In this document: positions 47,285 to 59,455 of the stretch, in pieces
Position numbering within the stretch: the first letter of the stretch is position 1
Layout: the number at the start of each line of letters is the position of its first letter
NCBI GenBank assembly: GCA_002269645.1
Contig: NIVC01000909.1
Location: 328,622-392,621 of the forward strand
Direction: 5' to 3'
Length of the DNA stretch: 64,000 bases
Source of the DNA: Macrostomum lignano
Lineage: Eukaryota
The notes under the pieces: generated by a model
What the model was told of the DNA's origin: nothing
Databases searched by the model: none
What the model saw: the letters and a program-made list of their open reading frames with translations, nothing else
Translations under genes and position numbers: made by a program

Positions 47285-50200
47285 GAGGGAGATAGACAGG
47301 GAGATAGACAGGGAGATAGACAGGGAGATGCACAGGGAGATAGACAGGGAGATAGACAGGGAGATAGACAGGGAGATAGACAGGGAGATAGACAGGGAGA
47401 TAGACAGGGAGATAGACAGGGAGATAGACAGGGAGACACAGAGGGAGATAGACAGGGAGATAGACAGGGAGATAGACAGGGAGATAGACAGGGAGATAGA
47501 CAGCGAAGACAGGTTGATAGACAGGGTGATAGACAGGGTGATAGACAGGGTGATAGACAGGGAGATAGACAGGGTGATAGACAGGGAGATAGACAGGGAG
47601 ATAGACAGGGTGATAGACAGGGTGATAGATAGGGAGATAGACAGGGAGATGCACAGGGAGATAGACAGGGAGATAGACAGGGAGATACAGAGGGAGATAG
47701 ACAGAGAGATAGACAGGGAGATAGACAGGGTGATAGACAGGGAGATAGACAGGGAGATAGACAGGGTGATAGACAGGGTGATAGACAGGGTGATAGACAG
47801 GGAGATAGACAGGGAGATAGACAGGGAGATAGACAGGGAGATAGACAGGGAGATAGACAGGGTGATAGACAGGGTGATAGACAGGGAGATAGACAGGGAG
47901 ATAGACAGGGAGATAGACAGGGAGATAGACAGCGAAGACAGGTTGATAGACAGGGTGATAGACAGGGTGATAGACAGGGAGATAGACAGGGAGATAGACA
48001 GGGAGATAGACAGGGAGATAGACAGGGTGATAGACAGGGTGATAGACATGGAGATAGACAGGGAGATAGACAGGGAGATAGACAGGGAGATAGACAGGGA
48101 GATAGACAGGGTGATAGACAGGGTGATAGACAGGGAGATAGACAGGGAGATAGACAGGGAGATAGACAGGGAGATAGACAGGGAGATAGACAGGGTGATA
48201 GACAGGGAGTTGCACAGGGAGATAGACAGGGTGATAGACAGGGTGATAGACATGGAGATAGACAGGGAGATAGACATGGAGATAGACAGGGAGATAGACA
48301 GGGTGATAGACAGGGTGATAGACAGGGAGATAGACAGGGAGATAGACAGGGAGATAGACAGGGAGATAGACAGGGAGATAGACAGGGTGATAGACAGGGA
48401 GTTGCACAGGGAGATAGACAGGGTGATAGACAGGGTGATAGACATGGAGATAGACAGGGAGATAGACAGGGAGATAGACAGGGAGATAGACAGGGAGATA
48501 GACAGGGAGTTGCACAGGGAGATAGACAGGGAGATAGACAGGGAGATAGACAGGGTGATAGACAGGGAGATAGACAGGGAGATAGACAGGGAGATAGACA
48601 GGGAGACACAGAGGGAGATAGACAGGGAGATAGACAGGGAGATAGACAGGGAGATAGACAGGGAGATAGACAGGGAGATAGACAGGGAGATAGACAGGGT
48701 GATAGACAGGGAGATAGACAGGGAGATAGACAGGGAGATAGACAGGGTGATAGACAGGGAGATAGACAGGGAGATAGACAGGGAGATAGACAGGGTGATA
48801 GACAGGGAGATAGACAGGGTGATAGACAGGGAGATAGACAGGGAGATAGACAGGGAGATAGACAGGGAGTTGCACAGGGAGATAGACAGGGTGATAGACA
48901 GGGTGATAGACATGGAGATAGACAGGGAGATGACAGGGAGATAGACAGGGTGATAGACAGGGAGATAGACAGGGAGATAGACAGGGAGATAGACAGGGTG
49001 ATAGACAGGGAGATAGACAGGGAGATAGACAGGGAGATAGACAGGGAGACACAGAGGGAGATAGACAGGGAGATAGACAGGGAGATAGACAGGGAGATAG
49101 ACAGGGAGATAGACAGGGAGATAGACAGCGAAGACAGGTTGATAGACAGGGTGATAGACAGGGTGATAGACAGGGAGATAGACAGGGAGATAGACAGGGA
49201 GATAGACAGGGTGATAGACAGGGAGATAGACAGGGAGATAGACAGGGAGATAGACAGGGAGACACAGAGGGAGATAGACAGGGAGATAGACAGGGAGATA
49301 GACAGGGAGATAGACAGGGAGATAGACAGGGTGATAGACAGGGTGATAGACAGGGTGATAGACAGGGAGATAGACAGGGAGATAGACAGGGAGATAGACA
49401 AGGAGATAGACAGGGTGATAGACAGGGTGATAGACAGGGAGATAGACAGGGAGATAGACAGGGAGATAGACAGGGAGATAGACAGCGAAGACAGGTTGAT
49501 AGACAGGGTGATAGACAGGGTGATAGACAGGGAGATAGACAGGGAGATAGACAGGGAGTTGCACAGGGAGATAGACAGGGTGATAGACAGGGTGATAGAC
49601 ATGGAGATAGACAGGGAGATAGACAGGGAGATAGACAGGGAGATAGACAGGGAGATAGACAGGGAGTTGCACAGGGAGATAGACAGGGAGATAGACAGGG
49701 AGATAGACAGGGTGATAGACAGGGAGATAGACAGGGAGATAGACAGGGTGATAGACAGGGAGACACAGAGGGAGATAGACAGGGAGATAGACAGGGAGAT
49801 AGACAGTGAGATAGACAGGGAGATAGACAGGGAGATAGACAGGGTGATAGACAGGGAGATAGACAGGGAGATAGACAGGGAGATAGACAGGGTGATAGAC
49901 AGGGTGATAGACAGGGTGATAGACATGGAGATAGACAGGGAGATAGACAGGGAGATAGACAGGGTGATAGACAGGGAGATAGACAGGGAGATAGACAGGG
50001 AGATAGACAGGGTGATAGACAGGGAGATAGACAGGGTGATAGACAGGGAGATAGACAGGGAGATAGACAGGGAGATAGACAGGGAGTTGCACAGGGAGAT
50101 AGACAGGGTGATAGACAGGGTGATAGACATGGAGATAGACAGGGAGATAGACAGGGAGATAGACAGGGTGATAGACAGGGAGATAGACAGGGAGATAGAC

Positions 50201-51557
50201 AGGGAGATAGACAGGGAGACACAGAGGGAGATAGACAGGGAGATAGACAGGGAGATAGACAGGGAGATAGACAGGGAGATAGACAGGGTGATAGACAGGG
50301 TGATAGACAGGGTGATAGACAGGGAGATAGACAGGGAGATAGACAGGGAGATAGACAAGGAGATAGACAGGGTGATAGACAGGGTGATAGACAGGGAGAT
50401 AGACAGGGAGATAGACAGGGAGATAGACAGGGAGATAGACAGCGAAGACAGGTTGATAGACAGGGTGATAGACAGGGTGATAGACAGGGAGATAGACAGG
50501 GAGATAGACAGGGAGTTGCACAGGGAGATAGACAGGGTGATAGACAGGGTGATAGACAGGGAGATAGACAGGGAGATAGACAGGGAGATAGACAGGGAGA
50601 TAGACAGGGTGATAGACAGGGTGATAGACAGGGAGATAGACAGGGAGATAGACAGGGAGATAGACAGGGAGATAGACAGCGAAGACAGGTTGATAGACAG
50701 GGTGATAGACAGGGTGATAGACAGGGAGATAGACAGGGAGATAGACAGGGAGATAGACAGTGAGATAGACAGGGAGATAGACAGGGAGATAGACAGGGTG
50801 ATAGACAGGGAGATAGACAGGGAGATAGACAGGGAGATAGACAGGGTGATAGACAGGGTGATAGACAGGGTGATAGACATGGAGATAGACAGGGAGATAG
50901 ACAGGGAGATAGACAGGGTGATAGACAGGGAGATAGACAGGGAGATAGACAGGGAGATAGACAGGGTGATAGACAGGGAGATAGACAGGGTGATAGACAG
51001 GGAGATAGACAGGGAGATAGACAGGGAGATAGACAGGGAGTTGCACAGGGAGATAGACAGGGTGATAGACAGGGTGATAGACATGGAGATAGACAGGGAG
51101 ATAGACAGGGAGATAGACAGGGTGATAGACAGGGAGATAGACAGGGAGATAGACAGGGAGATAGACAGGGTGATAGACAGGGTGATAGACAGGGAGATAG
51201 ACAGGGAGATAGACAGGGTGATAGACAGGGAGACAGACAGGGAGATAGACAGCGTGATAGACAGGGAGATAGACAGCGTGATAGACAGGGAGATAGACAG
51301 GGAGATAGACAGGGAGATAGACAGGGAGATAGACAGGGAGATAGACAGGGAGACACAGAGGGAGATAGACAGGGAGATAGACAGGGAGATAGACAGGGAG
51401 ACACAGAGGGAGATAGACAGGGAGATAGACAGGGAGATAGACAGGGAGATAGACAGGGAGACACAGAGGGAGATAGACAGGGAGATAGACAGGGAGATAG
51501 ACAGGGAGATAGACAGGGAGACACAGAGGGAGACACAGAGGGAGACACAGAGGGAGA
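47285..51557. repeat. 12-bp minisatellite (GATAGACAGGGA/GATAGACAGGGT), about 355 copies
   Basis: Direct; recurrent variant units mark block duplications. Confidence 0.98.
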
Positions 51558-52036
51558 TGTTTGCAAGCCAGTATAGAGCAGTAGAGAGCACTTTTTTCTC
51601 CACCAAGACTCAACTGAGGCAGTAAATTCTTCAAGATAGAGCCGAAATGAGCGAACGCGCTCGAATGCAGTTTACAGAACGCGCCATCTCAAGCCAGAGT
51701 TGATGAAGCTGATGGGACGGCAGTGTTTGATCAGCGAAGCCTCTCTTGGCCTCTATTCTGACAAGGCCACAATTTACGACCCCGAGTAGAAAATGCACAA
51801 TTGACTGCCTTTATATAGATTTTAATGTGTCTTTAAGCGGGTCTCAATCCAGTCAGTTCTTATCATTATTTTAGTTGCAACAGATTGTTGAAAAATTGAC
51901 GCCATAAAAACTCTTTGCCACCTGTTTTGGTAAAAAACTCAATTGGAGCGTGTGGATTTTCGAATCTTCCCACTTAAGCTCAAGGATGCATCTCTGGGGG
52001 GATTTTCAGTTTGGATGGAGTGAGAAATGTAAAATT

Positions 52037-52992
52037 TCACTCCGCCAGTAACTCCGAGAATCTCAGCCTCTCACTCTGCCAGTCACTCCAAGAATCTCAG
52101 CCTCTCAATCTGCCAGTCACTCCGAGAATCTCAGCCTCTCACTCCGCCAGTAACTCATAGAATCTTAGCCTCTCTCACTCCGTCAGTCACTCCGAGAATA
52201 TCAGCCTCTCACTCCGTCAGTCACTCCGAGAATCTCAGCCTCTCACTCCGTCAGTCACTCCGAGAATCTCAGCCTCTCACTCCGCCAGTAACTCATAGAA
52301 TCTTAGCCTCTCTCACTCCGTCAGTCACTCCGAGAATCTCAGCCTCTCACTCCGTCAGTCACTCCGAGAATCTCAGCCTCTCACTCCGCCAGTCACTTCG
52401 AGAATCTCAGCCTCTCACTCCGCCAGTAACTCATAGAATCTTAGCCTCTCTCACTCCGTCAGTCACTCCGAGAATCTCAGCCTCTCACTCCGTCAGTCAC
52501 TTCGAGAATCTCAGCCTCTCACTCCGCCAGTCACTTCGAGAATCTCAGCCTCTCACTCCGCCAGTCACTCCGAGAATCTCAGCCTCTCACTCCGTCAGTC
52601 ACTCCGAGAATCTCAGCCTCTCACTCCGCCAGTAACTCCGAGAATCTCAGCCTCTCACTCCGCCAGTAACTCATAGAATCTTAGCCTCTCTCACTCCGTC
52701 AGTCACTCCGAGAATATCAGCCTCTCACTCCGTCAGTCACTTCGAGAATCTCAGCCTCTCACTCCGCCAGTCACTTCGAGAATCTCAGCCTCTCACTCCG
52801 CCAGTCACTCCGAGAATCTCAGCCTCTCACTCCGTCAGTCACTCCGAGAATCTCAGCCTCTCACTCCGTCAGTCACTCCGAGAATCTCAGCCTCTCTCAC
52901 TCCGCCAGTCACTCCGAGAATCTCAGCCTCTCTCACTCCGTCAGTCACTCCGAGAATCTCAGCCTCTCACTCCGCCAGTCACTCCGAGAATC
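52037..52992 (+). repeat. 34-36-bp minisatellite (CTCCGAGAATCTCAGCCTCTCACTCCGTCAGTCA)
   Basis: Direct; reverse-complement array at 59050-59455. Confidence 0.95.
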
Positions 52993-54414
52993 CCGCTAGT
53001 GATTATCAAACTCCCCGGCAGAAGTGAACGGCAGAGTTACAACAGCCGCTGGTTCTCCAACTGTCTGAGGTGTTGGATTTCGCAGTCTCCATGCGAAATA
53101 AAATATATTCTACAATATTCGATACAGTTAGTGAATAACTAATAACTAATAACTTAAACAAATTAATGGAACAAGCTAGTGTTTCCGTTTGCTTTTGAAA
53201 TCGCTACTTAGGCCGCATATAAAGGTGTTGCTATTACCCCAGATGCAATTCAACTTGGCAGGCGCAAAAGCGGTTGCTCTGCATGTATCTGTCTATCAGC
53301 AGGCTCTAATTACCTGCGAGAAAGCAAGCGAAAAAAAATTTACCTGATTTATAATCTACCTGCATAACAATTTTCGATACAATTTGATCTGAAAAAGCCC
53401 AGAAGAAGACTGGGCTACAAACCCATTGCTTTCTATACTAGTATTGTCATGGACAACTGCATATACGAGTATGTAGTATCTGGATTGCTAATCAATGAGT
53501 TTGTGGACTAGGTGGACGTCCTTGCTGCTTCTAGAATCTAGGGGTGAAACAACAGAGCCGCTATGGACCAAATTGGTGCTTGTTGGACCAAACTAAATCC
53601 TGCTGTGCCAGTCTTGCTACCATAGACAAAAGCTCCGTTACTCGAGCGTAGACCAAAAGCTATATTATATAATTCTATATGATTCCGTATCGCTAAAATC
53701 AATCACATTATTAGCATTCCATGCCCAACCCTATAACTCTCGCTCTCTGTAGTCCCGCGCCGCAGGCGGTGCCATAAAACTCCCACCCCCCTCACCTTGA
53801 AAAAGGTGGCAAAAGTAACACATGCATACAGTTTCGGAGATTCTAACATACAAAAAATTGCAACATTGAAGTTCTTCTTGATTATTCTTAATGCTTCTGC
53901 ATATTGGAGCAGCATGCATGCGGAGGAGCGCAATTTCAAGCAAAGCGGTGCTGCTTTTGCAAAGAAGAAAATGCTATATAGGGTTGGAGAGTTTGGCCAT
54001 ATAACTGCATGAACTCAAGACAAACTGAAACACAAGAGTGTACCAGGGTACACCGCAGATGTTGCGACACACCACAGATGCAATTTGAGACACTTAGAAC
54101 ACAGTTCGCATCTCCGTACGCACCTTCTCTTGTTAGCCACGTGTAAAAACAAAATCTTTTTTTATTTTAATTTCTCGCTACAAGCTGCCCCAGCCGAGCG
54201 ACCCAGCGAGAGCTTGAAAATTAGTGAACGCTTTTTATGAGGGCGAAAAAGAGAAAAGGGAGAGAAATTCGAGGCCAAATATTTCGTAATTATACTCGAA
54301 AAAAAACTGTTTAAAGATTAAAGAAGATAGGAGATAGAAGATAGAAGAAGAGAAGTAGATAGAGATGTAGAGTAGATAGAAATGTAGACAGATACGCAGA
54401 TATAAGTAGGCTTA

Positions 54415-54719
54415 GGGGGTTGTAGTCTAAGTAGTTAGAGCATCGGACTCACAACTGGAAGGTCGGGGGTTCGATTCCCGATCCCATTGGAACAATGTGT
54501 CCTTGAGCAAGACACTTAACTCTGCATTGCTTCAGTTCACCCAGCTGTAAAATGGGTGCCAGCATTAGCTGGGGTAATTGAGACTGTTTGTGGCGACCCC
54601 CCAGTCCTTGGACTGAACAGCCGTACGCAGCCTTCAGATGCACCGCGCAATAGCTGCGGCTGAGCTGTCGGTTGCACATCTGGCCATTGGGGCAGGTGTA
54701 ATCCATTATTATTATTATT
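54415..54719 (+). mobile_element. tRNA-derived CORE-type SINE
   Basis: tRNA-like head with B box GGTTCGATTCC (54468-54478); TGTGTCCTTGAGCAAGACACTTAAC...CTGTAAAATGGG (54496-54556) resembling the MIR/CORE domain; (ATT)n tail; inserted in a degenerate AG-rich tract; no clear TSD. Confidence 0.82.
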
Positions 54720-55359
54720 GAATATGTAGATAAAGAAGTAGATAAAAGAGTGGATAAAGAGAAGTAGAGCTATAGGTAGAAGTAGATAGAGAAGTAGACA
54801 GAGACAAAGAAGCAAATAAAGAATTAGATTGAATAAATTAAGGAGATGCTGAGGCACTGTGCCGCAGTTACTTGAAAGAGCGATGACGCTGCATGTTTAG
54901 GATCAGACCAGACGTGCAAAAACGTCAATATTAACTCAGTGGTGCATTGGTGCCCAATGCAGATTTTAAAAACCGGCTTGATACACTTGAACAATTCTAT
55001 AAGGCAAAGCAACCCCACTCCGCGAACAGATGGAAATAATTGGTTGGGTATTTGGGAAAGAGGATTTTAACTGCTTCGATGCCTCGTGTGTCACAGCAAT
55101 CTTACATTATTGCTCCCCTAAATTATCCAAATCATGACCACTTCGCCGAGTCTGTCCAGTTTTCACCCACTCGAATATTTCTCCTTATCATGCGCTTGTG
55201 TAGCAGCCGCGGGCCTTATGGCGCTGTCAATTTTCACTCGAACGCAAATTGAATGTGTCAGACTTGTGCGACAAGGACCGCCGACTGAGATGGGGAGGAG
55301 AGGAATTGTGAGGATTCTGTGAAAGTCTATGGGAAAATTTGATTGGCGAAGTTTCATGC

Positions 55360-56335
55360 CATAAAATCTGATCTACTGGCGCTAGAACCTGATCTACTGG
55401 CGCTAAAATCTGATCTACTGGCGCTAGAAACTGATCTACTGGCGCCAGAATCTGATCTACTCGCGCTAGAACCTGATCTACTGGCGCTAGAATCTGATCT
55501 ACTGGCGCTAGAATCTGATCTACTAGCGCTAGAACCTGATCTACTGGCGCTAGAATCTGATCTACTGTCGCTAGAACCTGATCTACTGGCGCTAGAATCT
55601 GATCTACTGGCGCTAGAATCTGATCTACTGTCGCTAGAATCTGATCTTCTGGCGCTAGAATCTGATCTTCTGGCGCTAGAACCTGATCTACTGGCGCTAG
55701 AATCTGATCTACTGGCGCTAGAATCTGATCTACTGGCGCTATAATCTGATCTACTGGCGCCAAAATCTGATCTACTGGCGCTAGAATCTGATCTACTGGC
55801 GCCAAAATCTGATCTACTGGCGCTAGAATCTGATCTTCTGGCTATAGAATTTGATCTCCTGGCGCTAGAATCTGATCTTCTGGCTATAGAATTTGATCTC
55901 CTGGCGCTAGAATCTGATCTACTGGCGCTAGAATCTGATCTACTGGCGCTAGAACCTGATCTACTGGCGCTAGAATCTGATCTACTGGCGCTAGAACCTG
56001 ATCTAGTGGCGCTAGAATCTGATCTACTGGCGCTAGAATCTGATCTACTGGCGCTAGAATCTGATCTACTGGCGCTATAATCTGATCTACTGGCGCCAAA
56101 ATCTGATCTCCTGGCGCTAGAATCTGATCTACTGGCGCTAGAATCTGATCTACTGGCGCTATAATCTGATCTACTGGCGCCAAAATCTGATCTCCTGGCG
56201 CTAGAATCTGATCTACTGGCGCTAGAACCTGATCTACTGGCGCTAGAATCTGATCTACTGGCGCCAGAATCTGATCTACTGGCGCTATAATCTGATCTAC
56301 TGGCGATAGAATTTGATCTCCTGGCGATAGAATTG
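55360..56335. repeat. 21-bp minisatellite (GAATCTGATCTACTGGCGCTA)
   Basis: Direct. Confidence 0.96.
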
Positions 56336-57439
56336 TATCCAATAATCTAATAATTACGAGCATATTTAACAATAGTTTACAGCTAAAGTGTCGAAGCTAA
56401 GCAGCATGGCATTGCTCTCCTAAAACTGAATTTAATTTCAATTTGAAAATATTTCGATGAAACACAGATGCTGAGATCCGGAATAAACAGCATCCATCTC
56501 TCAGCGATCGCATTGATAATTGAGCTATCAGAGCGGGGAGCGCGCGCACAGACTCTCGCTTGCCATCTCTGTGAGTCCCTCCAATGCAGCAGGAGTTTTC
56601 ATTAACCATCAGGCCAACCCCTGACGCGAGCGTGTGCGAGAGGCTGATTATTAAAAGTCTCTCCGCTCTCTCGATAAATCGCGGCGGATTCCCCAAAGGG
56701 ACTCTCGGGCTGCGGGAGAATGAGGAGATTTCTGGCATTCACGCTTGACCAGACCTGGCGCTGACCAGATGAAGTCGAACTCCTATCTATCACTTTGGCA
56801 AAAGGGGAAGTGAGAGAGTGAGTGGGGGGGGAGAAAGAGGGGTCGGGCTTTATCAAATCAAAAAATTGATTCCCATTTCCTCATCTCCCGCTCTCTCGCT
56901 CTCCTGCAGCAGCGGCTAGTGCCAATTTCAAGACAAGAAGAGAGCGCGCTTTTTTTCCCTGCCTCAAGTCTTCATCTTTATATAATGTTGAGTCCGCACC
57001 GCCTGATTCTGAAGAGAAAGTGATGAGGTCTGGCGAATATCCGGCGGAGAGGGGAGTGCGGGGATCAAACCTCATCATAGTCGACATTCAGCTTGGCTGA
57101 GCATGGAGCCCCCCGCGCTGAGCTTCATCTCAGCCCCATCTTACTATACAGAATCCCCAGAATCCCCAGAATCCCCGCGCAGATTTCCACAGCGGCTCGG
57201 CAGCCAAAGACCATGAGAGCTGTGGCGGACTCCACGGCTGACTGAACAGCAATATGACTTTTCCAATTTTCCCATTTGCGAAGCGACACCTCCAGCTTCA
57301 CAGCTCCATCCCCCCGCCGCCACAATCCCGTCATCGCAGCTTCCCCCTTTGCCTTCTTAGCGTTGGCGGTTCAAAATGCAGATGCTATATATGAAAATTA
57401 ATTGGCCTTAAAATTTTAACACATCTCTTCCTTGGCGTA

Positions 57440-57640
57440 TCTCTTATCTACCTCTCTCTCTCTCCCTAGACTACCTCTTATATCTACCTCTCTCTCTTAA
57501 ATTTGTCTCTTATCTACCTCTTTCTCCTTGACTACCTCCCTTATCTACTTCTCTTTCCCCTTGACTCCCTCTCTTATCTACTGCTCTCTCTACTGACTGC
57601 TATCTTATCTACATCTCTCTCATTGACCACCTCTCTTAAC
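57440..57640. repeat. Degenerate CT-rich repeat (CTCTTATCTACCTCTCT-like)
   Basis: Imperfect units. Confidence 0.7.
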
Positions 57641-59049
57641 TTTTCCACAAGAACTGCGTCTTTTAAATTCCCCTAATTTTCTTTGAGTCCGTCTGTCAGT
57701 TCTCCCCCTATCAACTTTGATTACCCGTGCCCCCCTACAGAGCCGATTGAAAATTTGAATTTCATTAAATCTTTTACCGCCTAGTCAAAATATTGTTTGC
57801 ATTTGCTAAAAAGAGTTCTAAAAAGCATCAATAAAACTAAAAGTAAACAAGGCAATTACTGTCCAATATAGTTGCTACCCTCATATCCTCCAATAGAAAA
57901 GGCTAAGGCTAATCCCACAATTAATTTATACAGCGTTAAGTGAGAACAGCTCAAAGCTCAAGAAACATTAAAAAAGCTTTAAAAATCCTGTTTCCCAGCA
58001 TTTCCCAGCTCCTCGACCGCGGCAGAAAATGTCTCAAATCCTCTATAGCTCATATTTCTCCTTATAGTTTTCCCCTGCAACTTCCCTACCGAGAGTTGTG
58101 GTGGCTAACAGATCCCCTTCCCGCTGGGGACATTAATCCTCTGCTGCACAGCCACCCTGCCCGCATCCTCTCAATTTGTGTCAGCCCCTATCCTGTTGTC
58201 ACAACAATACCATGGGGTATAGAAGGTCTTTATGTGTACATGCACAGTTCCTCCCCCCACATTTATTATATCTTATGAGTCTCCCCGATATAACTTTCAA
58301 TAATATCTTCATGTAGGCAGGAGACGCCCCCCCGTCCCGTGTTCACAGGAACTTGCCATCTCAAAGATGGGAACAATACAATTGCCGCAAGGGTCCCGCG
58401 CGGAGACTAGATCCCCATCCGGGATGCTTAGAATAACAATCAATGGGATCGCTGGAGGAAGGCCCGACCCCGCCTGTCAGTGAAAGGAACCTGAGCATGA
58501 AGGCGGACATGAAAGTCGCTTTATCATCAGCCATTTTTCAGCCCGCTATATAAAAATCATGCAGGGCTGCTCATTTCCACGGGCCTAATCATCTTCTTCA
58601 AAAGTCTTCCCGAAGACGCCCATGCAGCCAATATTTTCTTCTTGTCGGCATCAGACTTCGCTGACTCTGCACTGACTGTTATATTATTAAAGAAAAGATT
58701 CAGTCAGGCTTTCTGCGTCTGCAACAACAGCACCAATTCCCCCGGAAGAAGCAGCATGACAAGCCCTTGAGTGGAGCCATAGTGCGCAGCTTGATATTGT
58801 CATATTGTCAATGCAGGCTTGATAGGGAGACTCCCCACCACGGTCTTGTGCGACTCTATATTGGAGACCCATCTTTAAAGGGAATCTCCGGCACGCATGT
58901 CGTGTGATACGTGAAGTGAAATTGAGAAGACTTGGATGGTGCTGCACACTAATAATGAGACTGCGTGTGGGTGACCGTTTTTCAAAATTGAAAAGTTGTT
59001 GAAAGGTCTGCTGTCATTAGAGACGGGTATAGAGAGACAGACAGGGACT

Positions 59050-59455
59050 AAGATTCTCGGAGATACTGGCGGAGTGACTGACGGAGTGAGAGAGGCTGAG
59101 ATTCTCGGAGATACTGGCGGAGTGAGAGGCTGAGATTCTCGGAGTGACTGGCGGAGTGAGAGAGGCTGAGATTCTCGGAGTGACTGGCGGAGTGAGAGAG
59201 GCTGAGATTCTCGGAGTGACTGACGGAGTGAGAGAGGCTGAGATTCTCGGAGTGACTGGCGGAGTGAGAGAGGCTGAGATTCTCGGAGTGACTGGCGGAG
59301 TGAGAGAGGCTGAGATTCTCGGAGTGACTGACGGAGTGAGAGAGGCTGAGATTCTCGGAGATACTGGCGGAGTGAGAGGCTGAGATTCTCGGAGTGACTG
59401 GCGGAGTGAGAGGCTGAGATTCTCGGAGTGACTGACGGAGTGAGAGAGTGAGATT
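59050..59455 (-). repeat. Inverted copy of the 34-36-bp minisatellite at 52037-52992
   Basis: Units GAGATTCTCGGAGTGACTGGCGGAGTGAGAGAGGCT are the reverse complement of the 52-kb units. Confidence 0.95.

Noticed and set aside
47123-51634. Three ~1500-aa minus-strand ORFs and (IDRE)n plus-strand ORFs
   Set aside because: 12-bp unit lacking stops in these frames; no splice or codon evidence; frames swap at a 2-bp gap.
54415-54480. tRNA gene
   Set aside because: No closed acceptor stem; continues into a CORE domain and (ATT)n tail, so it is a SINE head.
55227-56372. (APVDQIL)n and (LLALESD)n ORFs resembling a leucine zipper
   Set aside because: Heptad arises trivially from a 21-bp unit; broken by TAA/TAG variants; no splice evidence.
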